Shown here: in pieces, positions 8,499 to 17,705 of the stretch
Layout of the letters: each line of letters opens with the position of its first letter
How positions within the stretch are numbered: the stretch's first letter is position 1
DNA from: Elusimicrobiota bacterium
GTDB lineage: Bacteria > Elusimicrobiota > Elusimicrobia > UBA1565 > UBA9628
DNA: 64,000 nucleotides
Reading direction: 5' to 3'
NCBI GenBank assembly: GCA_027452025.1
Contig: DAIDHI010000086.1
Coordinates: forward strand, 15,294-79,293
Program-made: the position numbers and the translations under genes
Notes under the pieces: generated by a model
What the model was told of the DNA's origin: nothing
The model's database searches: none
The model's input: only the letters and a program-made list of their open reading frames with translations

Positions 8499-9443
8499 TC
8501 AGAAGAGGGCGACGGAAACCGCGCCCAGGACGGCGCCGACCAGCCCGTAGCCCAGGATGCGGATGGCGTTGAACAACCCCGTGAAGTCGAACTCGCCGCC
8601 TTGCGACTTGTCGCGGCGCAGCCAGCCAAGCAAGCCTCCGGCGGCCGCGCCGATTCCGGCGCGAGCCAGGACGGCGCCCGTGGCCGCCCCGAGCGCCAGG
8701 TGGAAGCCGCCGGGGTGGTGGACCAGCGTGGCCATGACGGCGCCGACGATCGCTCCGCCGAGGGCGTAGCCGCCGGTCCTGAGGGCGTTGAAGAGAGGCG
8801 TGAAATTGTAGTCGCCGCCGGAGGATTTATCGCGCCGCGAATAGCCGATGATTCCGGCGAGGATCAGGCCCGCGACGGCGCCGACGAGAACCGCGGGGTC
8901 GCCGTGATGGGCGGAAGCCGCGGGGGACGTCGCGGCGAGGGCCGGCGCGGCGGCGGCCGAGAGGCCCGCGGCGACGCCGGCGACGCGTCCGCCGAAGCGG
9001 GCCAACACGCCGCGCGGCCGCCAAGCCGATCGGGGGCCCTCGGAGACGGCCGAGGCGTCCCGGCGGCCTGCCCGGGCGCGGTCGAACATGGCGTCCAGCG
9101 CGGGCTTAAGATCGGCACGGGCGCCGGCCGAGCGCCGGGCCTGCGGCGCAAAAGCGGCCGCCGCGCGCAAGACCCGCGCGGACGAAGCGCGATGAACGGC
9201 CGCGGCCGCGGGGCGGGCGGAGGCCGAAGCGGAAATCGAGGCGGCGACGGAGGCCGCCGCGGGCGCTTGCAGCGCGGCGGCGGGCGCCAGAGGCGCGAGG
9301 GCCGTCCGCGTCAGTTCGGCGGACGGCACGGAGAGGGTCGGCGCGCCTTGCGGGACGTCCACGACAGGGGCCTGGGTTTGCGCGGCGCCGGCCCAGACGC
9401 CGGTCAACAGCAAGGCGGCCAGCAAGGCGGTTCTTCGTTCCAT
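8499..9443 (-). CDS. Secreted Ala-rich protein with two C-terminal glycine-zipper membrane repeats
   Basis: 314 aa; signal peptide MERRTALLAALLLTGVWAGAAQ; the internal repeat RRDKSxGG[DE][YF][DN]FTxLFNA[LI]R plus a Gly-zipper helix occurs twice; ends in ...VALF. Confidence 0.5.
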   Translation of the reverse strand: MERRTALLAALLLTGVWAGAAQTQAPVVDVPQGAPTLSVPSAELTRTALAPLAPAAALQAPAAASVAASISASASARPAAAAVHRASSARVLRAAAAFAPQARRSAGARADLKPALDAMFDRARAGRRDASAVSEGPRSAWRPRGVLARFGGRVAGVAAGLSAAAAPALAATSPAASAHHGDPAVLVGAVAGLILAGIIGYSRRDKSSGGDYNFTPLFNALRTGGYALGGAIVGAVMATLVHHPGGFHLALGAATGAVLARAGIGAAAGGLLGWLRRDKSQGGEFDFTGLFNAIRILGYGLVGAVLGAVSVALF

Positions 9444-9562
9444 ACCTTCGATTCTAGCGGCAATCGAAGCGGGCGGCCAGCGGCCAAAGACCTGGCCGAC
9501 GATGGGCCCAACGGCCCAGCGGCCGAATTGAAACCCCGCGCCGGGAGTAGTATCGTCTGGCC

Positions 9563-10366
9563 ATGATACCGCCCGAATCGGAGCGCATCGACGAGCAGCT
9601 GCGCCGCCTGGAGCAGCACTTCGAGGAATCGGCCCGCGAGCTGCGGCTGCTGCGCGAGCGCCTCCTCGATTCGGCCCGCGGCAAGGCGCAAGACGAGCTC
9701 GCCGAGATCAAGGACGAGTGGGACGGAGTCCACTATAAGTGGTGGATCGCCACCCTCTCGGGCGTGCTCGTCCTCTTGATGATCAGCTATCTGCTCTACA
9801 CGCGCTTGGGCTGGGTCGCCGATCAGCGGGCCCTGCCCGTGGGCTCCGACTGGGTGCTCAGGCACCTGCCCGTCCTCGACGTGCTGCCCGTGCTCTCCTG
9901 GGGTTGGTTCGGCCTCCACATCTTCGCCGTCGGGGCGGCCGCGGCCTATTGTCCGCGGCGCCTTCCCTTCCTGATCTTCACGCTGAGCGTCTTTCTCACG
10001 ATCAGGGCCTTTTTCGTCTTCCTATCCCCGATCGGTCACCCCGTCGGGATGCTGGACATGGGCAAGCTCGACTTCATCTTCTCTAAGATCATGGGCGCCT
10101 GGACCTTCAACAACGAGTTCATCTTTTCCGGGCACACGGGCATCCCGTTCCTGTTCTATCTTTTCTTCGAGACCCCTTGGCTCAAGCGGCTGATGCTGGC
10201 GGGCTCCGTCGCCATGGGCGCCTGCGTGCTGCTCTCCCACAATCACTATACGGTCGACGTCCTGGCCGCCTATCTCGTGAGCTACTCGATCTTCAAGCTC
10301 AGCGAGAAGCTCTACGGCGACTGGATCCGGCCGCTGTTCCAGATCGGGCCGGCTCGCCTTCCGTAA
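9563..10366 (+). CDS. PAP2_C / sphingomyelin-synthase-like integral membrane protein with N-terminal coiled coil
   Basis: 267 aa; SMS-type D3/D4 motifs FIFSGHTG and HYTVDVLAAYLVSY; several TM segments; N-terminal 60 aa charged and helical. Confidence 0.6.
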   Translation: MIPPESERIDEQLRRLEQHFEESARELRLLRERLLDSARGKAQDELAEIKDEWDGVHYKWWIATLSGVLVLLMISYLLYTRLGWVADQRALPVGSDWVLRHLPVLDVLPVLSWGWFGLHIFAVGAAAAYCPRRLPFLIFTLSVFLTIRAFFVFLSPIGHPVGMLDMGKLDFIFSKIMGAWTFNNEFIFSGHTGIPFLFYLFFETPWLKRLMLAGSVAMGACVLLSHNHYTVDVLAAYLVSYSIFKLSEKLYGDWIRPLFQIGPARLP

Positions 10367-10423
10367 GCGCGACGCGGCTTCCTCTTGAAAGACGGCGCCT
10401 CCGGGGCCATACTGGTCTTCGAG

Positions 10424-12037
10424 ATGAACCCTCTGCATCTCGTGCCCGCGCTTTGCATCGTCGGCTCGCTCGCTTCGGCCCAGCAGAACGACGACGTCTG
10501 GCGCGAGCCTTTAGCCGAAGTTCAGAGGGTCTGCGCGATCCCGTCGGCGAAGGCCTCGGGACAGTGCGACGCCGCGCGACAGATGGTCTCGCGGGCTCAA
10601 GCCGTCGCCTCCATGGCGCGCGCCTGCCGGACTTCGTCTTGCACCATCGGCCAGCGCCGCGCCGTCGTGGAGGCGGCCAGCCGCCTCGGAAGCGATTTCT
10701 TCCTGGGTTATGAGAAGAAATACCAGGAGTCGCTGGGCCTGTTCGAAGGCGTCGATGAAGCCCTGAAAGGGTCTGCCGCGCTCAAGCAGGCGTCCGAACG
10801 GTTCATCTGGAGAGGGCTGCAAGGGCTCGATGGCGCCACCTCCCGGCTCGAAACCCGGATGTCGTCGGCGGAGAAGGGCCTCAAGCGCCCGGCGGGAGCG
10901 CGGGCGCAAGCGACATTGCGGGAGATCGACGCCCAAGGCGGCCTGGATCTGAAGGACTTCCTCGGACTTTCCCTGCTCATCGACGACGATAACAACGTCC
11001 TGCCGAAGGACCCGCGCTACCAAGAGGCGCTGGACGAGCGCGAAGGCGCCAACGATATTGCCAGGCGGCTCATCAAGGTCCGAGACCGTCTCATCGCCCT
11101 GCAGCAGCGACTCGGACTGCGCGAGGCCAGCCCCGTGAGCGCCGAGCAGCTGTCCCGCGCCGAGACCGTCGAGCGCTCCCTGACGAGCCGGCGCTCCCCC
11201 GGCCCGCGTCGGCTGCCGTCCGCCGGCCCCGGCTTCGATTCGTCCGAAGCCGCGTCAGCCGCCGGCCCGGCAGGCGCCGTCCAGGCGCCCTCGCAGAGTC
11301 GCGCCCCCATCGCGGCGGTGCCGGACCCTCGGCCGACCTCGCTGACGGAGTTCGCGCCGGCGCCTCCGCCGCCCTGGTCCGTGCCGATGACTGCGTTCTC
11401 GGCAGGCGACGCGCGCCACACCGAGGACCCCGCGGAACTGGCCCGTATCGAACAGCTCCACCGACTTGGACTTTACCATACCGCGGGAAACCCGCAGCTT
11501 TTGGGTCACTTCGTCCATGCGCAGCAGGGCGGAGACTGCTCCATCGTCACTCAAGAGGAGGTCCTGGAAATCCTGGGACGCCAGCCGGGCGACCATCCGC
11601 TGCGCCTCGAAGACAAGCTGCTCGGCCAGGCCGAGCGCCAAGGATTCATCACGGCAACCAACCAGGGAGTCATGCCCGTCCATCAAGGCGGCCTGCTGAC
11701 GGCCAACGGAATCCCCGTCGTCAAGCACTACTACGATCCGCAGGAAGGCTGGAAATTCTTGAATTCCGAGCTGGACCGAACTCTCAAGAAAGGCCGCGTG
11801 GCGATCGCCAGCGTGGATGCCGGAATCCTGTGGAACGATCCGCACTTTCTCGGCGGCGGCCATTCGATCCTGGTGACGGGAGCCGAGGTCAACCGCCTGA
11901 CCGGCAGGGTCGTCGGCTACTACATCAACGACAGCGGCAGCCAGCCGCCGATGGGCGACCGACTGGTCTCGGCCGATCAATTCCGCCGGGCTTTCGATTC
12001 GTCCGTCGGGGGTGATTTTGTCGAGGTGGTCAAGTGA
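10424..12037 (+). CDS. Secreted protein with C-terminal C39-like (papain-fold) cysteine peptidase domain
   Basis: Signal peptide MNPLHLVPALCIVGSLASAQQ, helical N-domain, Pro-rich linker. C-terminal ~200 aa carry ordered Q..GGDCS (Cys), GGGHSILVTG (His) and YYINDSG (Asn/Asp), like the peptidase C39 motifs QxxxxDCG / H[FY]VVL. The track start at 10385 is probably an upstream in-frame codon. Confidence 0.5.
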   Translation: MNPLHLVPALCIVGSLASAQQNDDVWREPLAEVQRVCAIPSAKASGQCDAARQMVSRAQAVASMARACRTSSCTIGQRRAVVEAASRLGSDFFLGYEKKYQESLGLFEGVDEALKGSAALKQASERFIWRGLQGLDGATSRLETRMSSAEKGLKRPAGARAQATLREIDAQGGLDLKDFLGLSLLIDDDNNVLPKDPRYQEALDEREGANDIARRLIKVRDRLIALQQRLGLREASPVSAEQLSRAETVERSLTSRRSPGPRRLPSAGPGFDSSEAASAAGPAGAVQAPSQSRAPIAAVPDPRPTSLTEFAPAPPPPWSVPMTAFSAGDARHTEDPAELARIEQLHRLGLYHTAGNPQLLGHFVHAQQGGDCSIVTQEEVLEILGRQPGDHPLRLEDKLLGQAERQGFITATNQGVMPVHQGGLLTANGIPVVKHYYDPQEGWKFLNSELDRTLKKGRVAIASVDAGILWNDPHFLGGGHSILVTGAEVNRLTGRVVGYYINDSGSQPPMGDRLVSADQFRRAFDSSVGGDFVEVVK

Positions 12038-12639
12038 GGAGCTTCTCTTTATTCGCAGCCGCCGCCCTTTTGGCCGCCGGCGCGGCCTGCCGCAAGCCGG
12101 CGCAAAGCCCCGGGCGCCTCGGCTCAATCCTGGCGGCCGCCAGGACCAGGCCGCCCTGCGCGGGCGTGATCGACCCCGGTTGGGCGGCCTCGATCCCCCT
12201 GCCCACGGGTCGCTCGGCCGGAGAGTTCGCCGTCTTCTTCTATGCGCTGTCCGATCGCCAAAGCGTAGGCCGATTCGCAGCCCCGGCGGCCCGAGCCGTC
12301 ATCGACCTCGATTCGCCGGCCGCCGAATCCTGCGTGCCGATCTCCGGCGCGACGGGGACGTTCCCTATCGAGCAGCGCTTCGGCGCTCGGGCCCTTCGAC
12401 TGGGAGCCGCGGGTCTGGCGGCGCGTCGGGCCCGGCTTTACCGCGACCTTCCGGCGATCGCGTCGGACTACGCCGGCGGGGCGCCGCTCTCGCCGGCCGC
12501 GCGAGAACGGATGAGCCGATTCATCGACTCGTTCGCGCTCCTGGCGGAGCCGCCGTTTCTGGCCGACTACGGCGCCCTAAGCCCCGGCTTCTGGCGCTGG
12601 GCCAGGAACCAAGGCTTCTCCGCTGCGCCGATCCCCTGA
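12034..12639 (+). CDS. Lipoprotein, hypothetical; translationally coupled to the upstream peptidase-domain protein
   Basis: GTG start overlapping the upstream stop (GTGA); lipobox LLAAGAAC; 201 aa; no family recognised. Confidence 0.45.
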   Translation: MRSFSLFAAAALLAAGAACRKPAQSPGRLGSILAAARTRPPCAGVIDPGWAASIPLPTGRSAGEFAVFFYALSDRQSVGRFAAPAARAVIDLDSPAAESCVPISGATGTFPIEQRFGARALRLGAAGLAARRARLYRDLPAIASDYAGGAPLSPAARERMSRFIDSFALLAEPPFLADYGALSPGFWRWARNQGFSAAPIP

Positions 12640-12640
12640 C

Positions 12641-12898
12641 TTACGCCGGGCGGGCAAGCTCCGAGGTCCGCACGACCGTCACCGTGCCGTTGCTTTCCAA
12701 GACGGCCTCGTGGATCTCGGAGAGGTCGTGGATGCCTTGGCGGCGCAGGATCGTGTGGAGTTGGGGCAGGCTGATGCGCTCGCGGCGCAGGTGGGCCGTC
12801 TGGGGCTTGCCGCTGAGGCGCAGCAGGACCAAGACAAAACCGTAGACGATCGCCGCCCGCAGCGCCAACTCCGCGATGGACACGGTCGGCTGCCACAT
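12641..12898 (-). pseudogene. DUF421 (YetF-like) remnant: N-terminal ~30 aa joined to a C-terminal ~45-aa segment, central region missing
   Basis: 85-aa ORF; IAELALRAAIVYGFVLVLLRLSGKPQ resembles the DUF421 N-terminus, and SLPQLHTILRRQGIHDLSEIHEAVLESNGTVTVV resembles the DUF421 C-terminal LRxxGI...A.LE.NG.SV block. Full-length members are about 200-230 aa. Confidence 0.3.
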
Positions 12899-12901
12899 CG
12901 C

Positions 12902-13597
12902 CTAGTCCTGGTCGTCGGGTGGGGCCGGGGCTTCCGCGGGGCCTTGAGGCGCCTGCGGCGGGGCCGGCCGGCCTTGCTCGGAGGGCGGGCCGTCCGTGAC
13001 GGGCCGAAAGCGGCTGCGGTTGAGCGCGCCCGCGGCCTGCGCTCCCGGGCGCTCCTCTTGCGGCGGCGCCTCGGCCTTTTGCGGGGCCCGGTTGCCCAGG
13101 ACCTGGCCGTCCGGCAGACGGTAATAGACGGGCAGGCGGGCCAATAAGCGGTCGTAGACCGTCTGCCCGGCGTCCGTCAGGAGGCCGCCGGAATCGAAGA
13201 GCGGCTGGCCGGCCATGTCCGAGAGCCGGAACGCCGTCTTGTATTCGACGTCGCGCGCCTGGAAATAGGCCAGGGCATCCTGCGTGCGCAGGAACAGATA
13301 CTTGTCGAAGCCCTCCTTGTTGAGGACGAGGCGGGCGCGCCGAGTCTTGTGATCGCGCAGGAGGACGGTCCAGGCGCGGATATTATGGAAGCGCCGGTCG
13401 AGATAGCCGCAGGCGTCCTCGGCCTCGGCGCGACGCATGCGCCCGAGCAGCAAAAGCTCCGTCGGCCCGTATTGGTCCTTGTCCGGCGAGAGGATCCGGC
13501 GCTGCCAGAGCTGCGAAAGCACGGAGCGGCCTCCGGCGGCGCGCGCCGCGGCGGGAAGCGCCATCGCCAGGATCAGTATCCAGGCGCTTGGCCTCAT
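12902..13597 (-). CDS. Secreted hypothetical protein with Pro-rich C-terminus
   Basis: 231 aa; signal peptide MRPSAWILILAMALPAAARA; no family recognised. Confidence 0.4.
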   Translation of the reverse strand: MRPSAWILILAMALPAAARAAGGRSVLSQLWQRRILSPDKDQYGPTELLLLGRMRRAEAEDACGYLDRRFHNIRAWTVLLRDHKTRRARLVLNKEGFDKYLFLRTQDALAYFQARDVEYKTAFRLSDMAGQPLFDSGGLLTDAGQTVYDRLLARLPVYYRLPDGQVLGNRAPQKAEAPPQEERPGAQAAGALNRSRFRPVTDGPPSEQGRPAPPQAPQGPAEAPAPPDDQD

Positions 13598-13598
13598 G

Positions 13599-14162
13599 CT
13601 ATTTCTTGGCGAGGATGCGGGGCAGCACGACCCCGACCTGGCTTTGGTACTTGCCTTTGCGGTCCGCGTAGGCGGTCTCGCAGACCTCGGTGCCCTCGAG
13701 AAACAGCAGCTGCGCGATGCCCTCGTTGGAATAGACCTTGGCGGGCAGGGGCGTGGTGTTCGATATCTCGAGGGTCAGATAGCCCTCCCAGGTCGGTTCG
13801 AGAGGCGTGACGTTGACGATCATGCCGCACCGCGCGTAGGTGCTCTTGCCGAGGCACACGGCGAGGATGTTTCGCGGGATCTTGAACTTCTCGACGGTGC
13901 GCGCCAGCGCGAAGGAGTTGGGCGGGATGATGCACTCGGAGCCTTTATGATCGACGAAGGACTTGTTGTCGAAGTTCTTGGGATCGACCAGGGCGCCGTA
14001 GACGTTGGTGAAGATCTTGTATTCGTCGGCGACGCGGATGTCGTAACCGTAGGAGGACAGTCCGTACGAAATCTTGCCCTCGCCGACCTGCCCGTCGACG
14101 AAGGGCTCGATCATATTGTGCTCGCGGCACATCTGGCGGATCCACTTATCGGGCTTGAGCAT
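13599..14162 (-). CDS. dcd: dCTP deaminase
   Basis: [11 protein letters not shown]...YGYDIRV...[31 protein letters not shown] matches Dcd. The internal Met at 14162 is used, because the track ORF to 14243 adds 27 non-conserved residues. Confidence 0.85.
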   Translation of the reverse strand: MLKPDKWIRQMCREHNMIEPFVDGQVGEGKISYGLSSYGYDIRVADEYKIFTNVYGALVDPKNFDNKSFVDHKGSECIIPPNSFALARTVEKFKIPRNILAVCLGKSTYARCGMIVNVTPLEPTWEGYLTLEISNTTPLPAKVYSNEGIAQLLFLEGTEVCETAYADRKGKYQSQVGVVLPRILAKK

Positions 14163-14253
14163 GCTTTTCCCTCGGTCCGGCATCGCCGGTCCCGTCGAGG
14201 ATATCAGCGCCAGATTCTCGCTTTTTGACGGGCTCTCAAGCAATCCACCGCGG

Positions 14254-15420
14254 TCAGGTCCGATTCAAGAATTTTACGGCAAGGGCGGTCACGACGCCCG
14301 CACCCAACAGAGCCAAGCCGGCGTTGGTCCCGGCGGCCGCGGGGATTCCCAAGGCACCGGCGGCCATGGCCAGCAGAAGGAAGGCCATGTAACCGGCGGC
14401 ACCCACCGCCACCCCGAGCGCCCCGGGCAAGAGCCAATCGATCCGCTCGCCGGAGTCGCGCATCAAAAACGGCATCGTGGCGGCTCCCGCCAAGAGATAC
14501 GCCAGAAACACGGGCGAAAGGAAATAGCTCGAGGCCACGAGCAGGGCCATGCCTCCCGCCAACGCGCCGATGGCCGCCCCGTCGATCGAGGAATCTTCGA
14601 ATTCGCCGCGCGTGACAAGAGCGCCGATCAGCGCGCCCAGCCCCATCGCCGAGAACGCAAGCAGGACGCTGGCAAGGCCTTCATGCTGCGCGGCCAGGCA
14701 TGAGAGTTGCTGCGCGAGCTGGGCGAGCGCGGGACTCGCCGACCGGTCCGCCAACAGGCGCGAGGTCATCGCCGCCGGGGCCGCGGCAAGAGCGAAAACG
14801 GACCAGGCCCGCCCGGGAGCCCGGGGCGTGGACGATGAGCGAACCGCCGCGGAGGGGCGAGCCAGCATCGATACCTTTCCCGCTCCAAGCCGGCTCGAGA
14901 CGCCCCGAACCGAGCCGCCCGACTCGCCGCCCTCGCTGACGCGCAGGCCTCGGCCGCCGTCGAAAAGCTCCCGGCCGTCGGGCAGCGCCTGGGAAGCCTT
15001 TTCGGCCGAGTCCGACCCAGCCGCGGCAAAGCGGCGCGGCCGCGCCGGCGCGGCCGCGGCTCGCCCCGGCGCGCCGGAAAACGAGAGCGCGGAAGCGGCG
15101 GAGGCCGCCGAGACCTTGGTCGCCGCGGCGAAGACGCCTCCGGCGGCGCTTCTCGCCGCAGAACCGGCGGCGGCAGTCCCGGGAACGGACGCAGCGGCTG
15201 AGGGCGCTGCGGCGGCCTCCGGCATGGAAGTCATCGGGCTGGACGGCGCCAAGCCTGGATCCGGCAGGGCAAAGCCGAACCCGCTCATCGCGCCCGCCGA
15301 AAGATGGGAAGAAGGGAGCTCAACTCGCGAAGATTCGCCCTCCACGGCGGCCCGCGCCGAAGCGGCTGGCAAGCTCAAAGCGGCGCACGCGATGAAGGCG
15401 AAGAATGATCGTGATCTCAT
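14254..15420 (-). CDS. Secreted Ala-rich protein with C-terminal multi-helix Gly-zipper membrane domain
   Basis: 388 aa; signal peptide [24 protein letters not shown]; C-terminal [23 protein letters not shown] resembles the repeats of the 8499..9443 protein. Confidence 0.4.
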   Translation of the reverse strand: MRSRSFFAFIACAALSLPAASARAAVEGESSRVELPSSHLSAGAMSGFGFALPDPGLAPSSPMTSMPEAAAAPSAAASVPGTAAAGSAARSAAGGVFAAATKVSAASAASALSFSGAPGRAAAAPARPRRFAAAGSDSAEKASQALPDGRELFDGGRGLRVSEGGESGGSVRGVSSRLGAGKVSMLARPSAAVRSSSTPRAPGRAWSVFALAAAPAAMTSRLLADRSASPALAQLAQQLSCLAAQHEGLASVLLAFSAMGLGALIGALVTRGEFEDSSIDGAAIGALAGGMALLVASSYFLSPVFLAYLLAGAATMPFLMRDSGERIDWLLPGALGVAVGAAGYMAFLLLAMAAGALGIPAAAGTNAGLALLGAGVVTALAVKFLNRT

Positions 15421-15502
15421 GTCCCCATTTTAGGCGCGGGGCCGTTCGGCCGCATGGGCCCTCGGGGAACGCGGCAAAGTCTTCAGGCCTAGGCCGCCGG
15501 AC

Positions 15503-16864
15503 CTACGCTTCGACGTCGGCCGCGCCCCGGCGCCAGAGCCGACGGACCGCCTCGGCGGCCGCATGGCCGCTGACGACGGCGCTTTCGATCGTCGCCGGCA
15601 GCCCGGTCCGCGTCCAGTCGCCCGACCAGACGAATCCCTTCATGCCGGCGCTCGCGGCCCGCGGCCGCAGGGCCTCGGCGCCGGGCACGGGAGACAGCGT
15701 GGCGAAGGGCTCCTTGACGACCTTCCAGCGCTGGATCGTCGCTTTTTGGAAGGCCGGCAGGCAACGGGCGAGGTCGCGCTTGGCCAACTCGAGCAGGGCC
15801 TTGGGCTCCCAAGCCAGAAGCTTGCGCGCTCCGCTGACGACCAACGAAAGATACTGCCCGCCGCCCGCCTCGCCCAGGATCTTCGACTTGTCGAAGGCCC
15901 AGTGGGTCTCCGTGCCGAGCAGGCCGACGAGCGGGACGTCGAGGACCGGGCGGTCGAGCCACAGATTGACGCCGACGATGGGCGCAGCCGCCAGCCGCCG
16001 CCAGGAGCCGAGCAGAGGCTGCGGCAGCGGCAGCTTGGCCAGGTCCCAGGGCGGCAGCGTGGACACCGTCACGGGCGCGCGCAGGCTCTCACCGCCTTCA
16101 AAACAGGCCCCAGCCACGCCGCCGTCCTCCTCCAGGAGCGCCGAGACCTTGCGGGAGAGCAGAACGGCGCCACCGCGCGCCTCGATATAGCGCCGCGACC
16201 CGTCGGTATAAAGGTCGGACAAGCCGACGCGGGACAATGCCAAACGCGTGCTCTCCACGTCGCGGTAGAAGACCTCGCGCAACGCTTGGACCAAGCCCGT
16301 CGCCGAGGCGAGCTCCGGCCGCTCGTTGAGGATGCCCAGGGCGAGCGGGTCGAAGAGCCGCTCCTGGACGCGGGGCGATTGGCCCAGACCGGTCAGCCAC
16401 TCGCGCACCGTCAGGCCGTCGATGGCGTCGAGCGATCCTCCGTCCAGCGCGCGCATCGCGCGATCGAAGCGCCAGAGGCCCGCTTTGTCGCGCAGGGAAA
16501 GCCCGCGCAAGCCGAGAACTCCCGCGGCCAGGTGGAGCGGCGATCCCAGCGCCTGCGGGCAGCGCAGGACGTCGCGGCGGCCGTGAGCGTCGGCGTAGTC
16601 GACGCGGATGCGCGGCAACAGCTGAAGGCAGCCCTCCGTCCCTATGCGCCGCAGGAACGCCCGAGTCTGCCGGTAGCAGCCCATGAACAGGTGCTGCCCG
16701 TTGTCGACGATGGAGCCGGTCTCCGGGTCGCGGAAGGAGAAGGCCCGCCCCCCTAGGTGCGGCTTCTTCTCCGCGACGGCGACGCGCAGGCCCTGCTCGG
16801 CCAGGGCGCTGGCGCAGGAAAGGCCGGCGAAGCCCCCGCCGATGACCAGGGCGTCAAAATCCAT
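15503..16864 (-). CDS. hpnE: Hydroxysqualene dehydroxylase / amine-oxidase-family FAD enzyme (HpnE-like)
   Basis: Starts MDFDALVIGGGFAGLSCASALAEQG (Rossmann GxGxxG). Phytoene-desaturase-like, last gene after two squalene-synthase-family genes. The track start at 17041 is an upstream in-frame extension; ATG at 16864 is used. Confidence 0.75.
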   Translation of the reverse strand: MDFDALVIGGGFAGLSCASALAEQGLRVAVAEKKPHLGGRAFSFRDPETGSIVDNGQHLFMGCYRQTRAFLRRIGTEGCLQLLPRIRVDYADAHGRRDVLRCPQALGSPLHLAAGVLGLRGLSLRDKAGLWRFDRAMRALDGGSLDAIDGLTVREWLTGLGQSPRVQERLFDPLALGILNERPELASATGLVQALREVFYRDVESTRLALSRVGLSDLYTDGSRRYIEARGGAVLLSRKVSALLEEDGGVAGACFEGGESLRAPVTVSTLPPWDLAKLPLPQPLLGSWRRLAAAPIVGVNLWLDRPVLDVPLVGLLGTETHWAFDKSKILGEAGGGQYLSLVVSGARKLLAWEPKALLELAKRDLARCLPAFQKATIQRWKVVKEPFATLSPVPGAEALRPRAASAGMKGFVWSGDWTRTGLPATIESAVVSGHAAAEAVRRLWRRGAADVEA

Positions 16865-17705
16865 GGCAATACAGCCAAGCGCGCCCGGCCAGCCCCGCCT
16901 TGCGCCACCCGGGAACGCGCTCCCGCGGGCCGAAGAGCACGCGAAAGCCGTTTCTCTTGATGCGCTCGAGCAAAGCCTCGTAGATGTGGGCCATGACCTC
17001 GGCGGGCAAGAGAGCCGGGCGGTCCCTGAAGTCGACGGCATTGCGGGCCCGCTGATAGGAGACGCTGGCGCGCTTGTAGAGTCCTTCCATGAGCCGATCG
17101 AAAGCCGGGGAGTGCTCGCGCCGCAGGAGCGCCTCTCGCGAATAGCCGGCCTGGCGCATCTCGGCCGCGGGCAGATAGACGCGCCCGAGCTCGAGGTCGG
17201 CGCCGACGTCGCGGATGATGTTGGTCAGCTGGAAGGCGAAGCCGAAGAGGTCGGCGAACTCCTCGATGCGCTCCCGCGGCGTGCGCTCGCAGCCGAAGAT
17301 GCGTACGCAGAGGCGCCCCACGCTGCAAGCCACGCCGCGCATGTAGGATTCGAGGTCGGCGTAGGTCTCGAAGGCCGCGCCTTCCAAATCCATGGAGCAG
17401 CCCCGGATCATCTGAAGGAACTCCTCCTTCGGCAGCGAGAAGCGCTTGACCGCCGGGGCCAGGCGAGCGGCCACCGGATGGGTCGGCTCGCCGCGGAACA
17501 GGCTTTCGATCTCGGCGCGCCAGAAGTCGAGCTCGGCTCGCGCCTGCTCCTTCGTCCGGTCGCCCGCGTCGACGATGTCGTCGATGAGACGGCAGTAGGC
17601 GTAGACGGCCGAAAGGGCCTCGCGCTTTTCGGCGGGCAGGAACAGGAAGCCCAGGAAGAAGTTGGAGCTCTTCTCGGCTTTGGCCGGCGCCGCCGACGAG
17701 ATCAT
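16854..17705 (-). CDS. hpnD: Squalene/phytoene synthase family protein (HpnD-like, presqualene diphosphate synthase)
   Basis: YAYCRLIDDIVD (Asp-rich motif 1) and NIIRDVGADLELGRVYLP (motif 2). Internal Met at 17705 is chosen so that it overlaps the hpnC stop. Confidence 0.7.
   Translation of the reverse strand: MISSAAPAKAEKSSNFFLGFLFLPAEKREALSAVYAYCRLIDDIVDAGDRTKEQARAELDFWRAEIESLFRGEPTHPVAARLAPAVKRFSLPKEEFLQMIRGCSMDLEGAAFETYADLESYMRGVACSVGRLCVRIFGCERTPRERIEEFADLFGFAFQLTNIIRDVGADLELGRVYLPAAEMRQAGYSREALLRREHSPAFDRLMEGLYKRASVSYQRARNAVDFRDRPALLPAEVMAHIYEALLERIKRNGFRVLFGPRERVPGWRKAGLAGRAWLYCHGF

Noticed and set aside
8439-9566. 375-aa plus-strand Gly/Arg-rich ORF
   Set aside because: Antisense to the secreted glycine-zipper protein gene. 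Its composition is typical of the non-coding strand in a high-GC genome.
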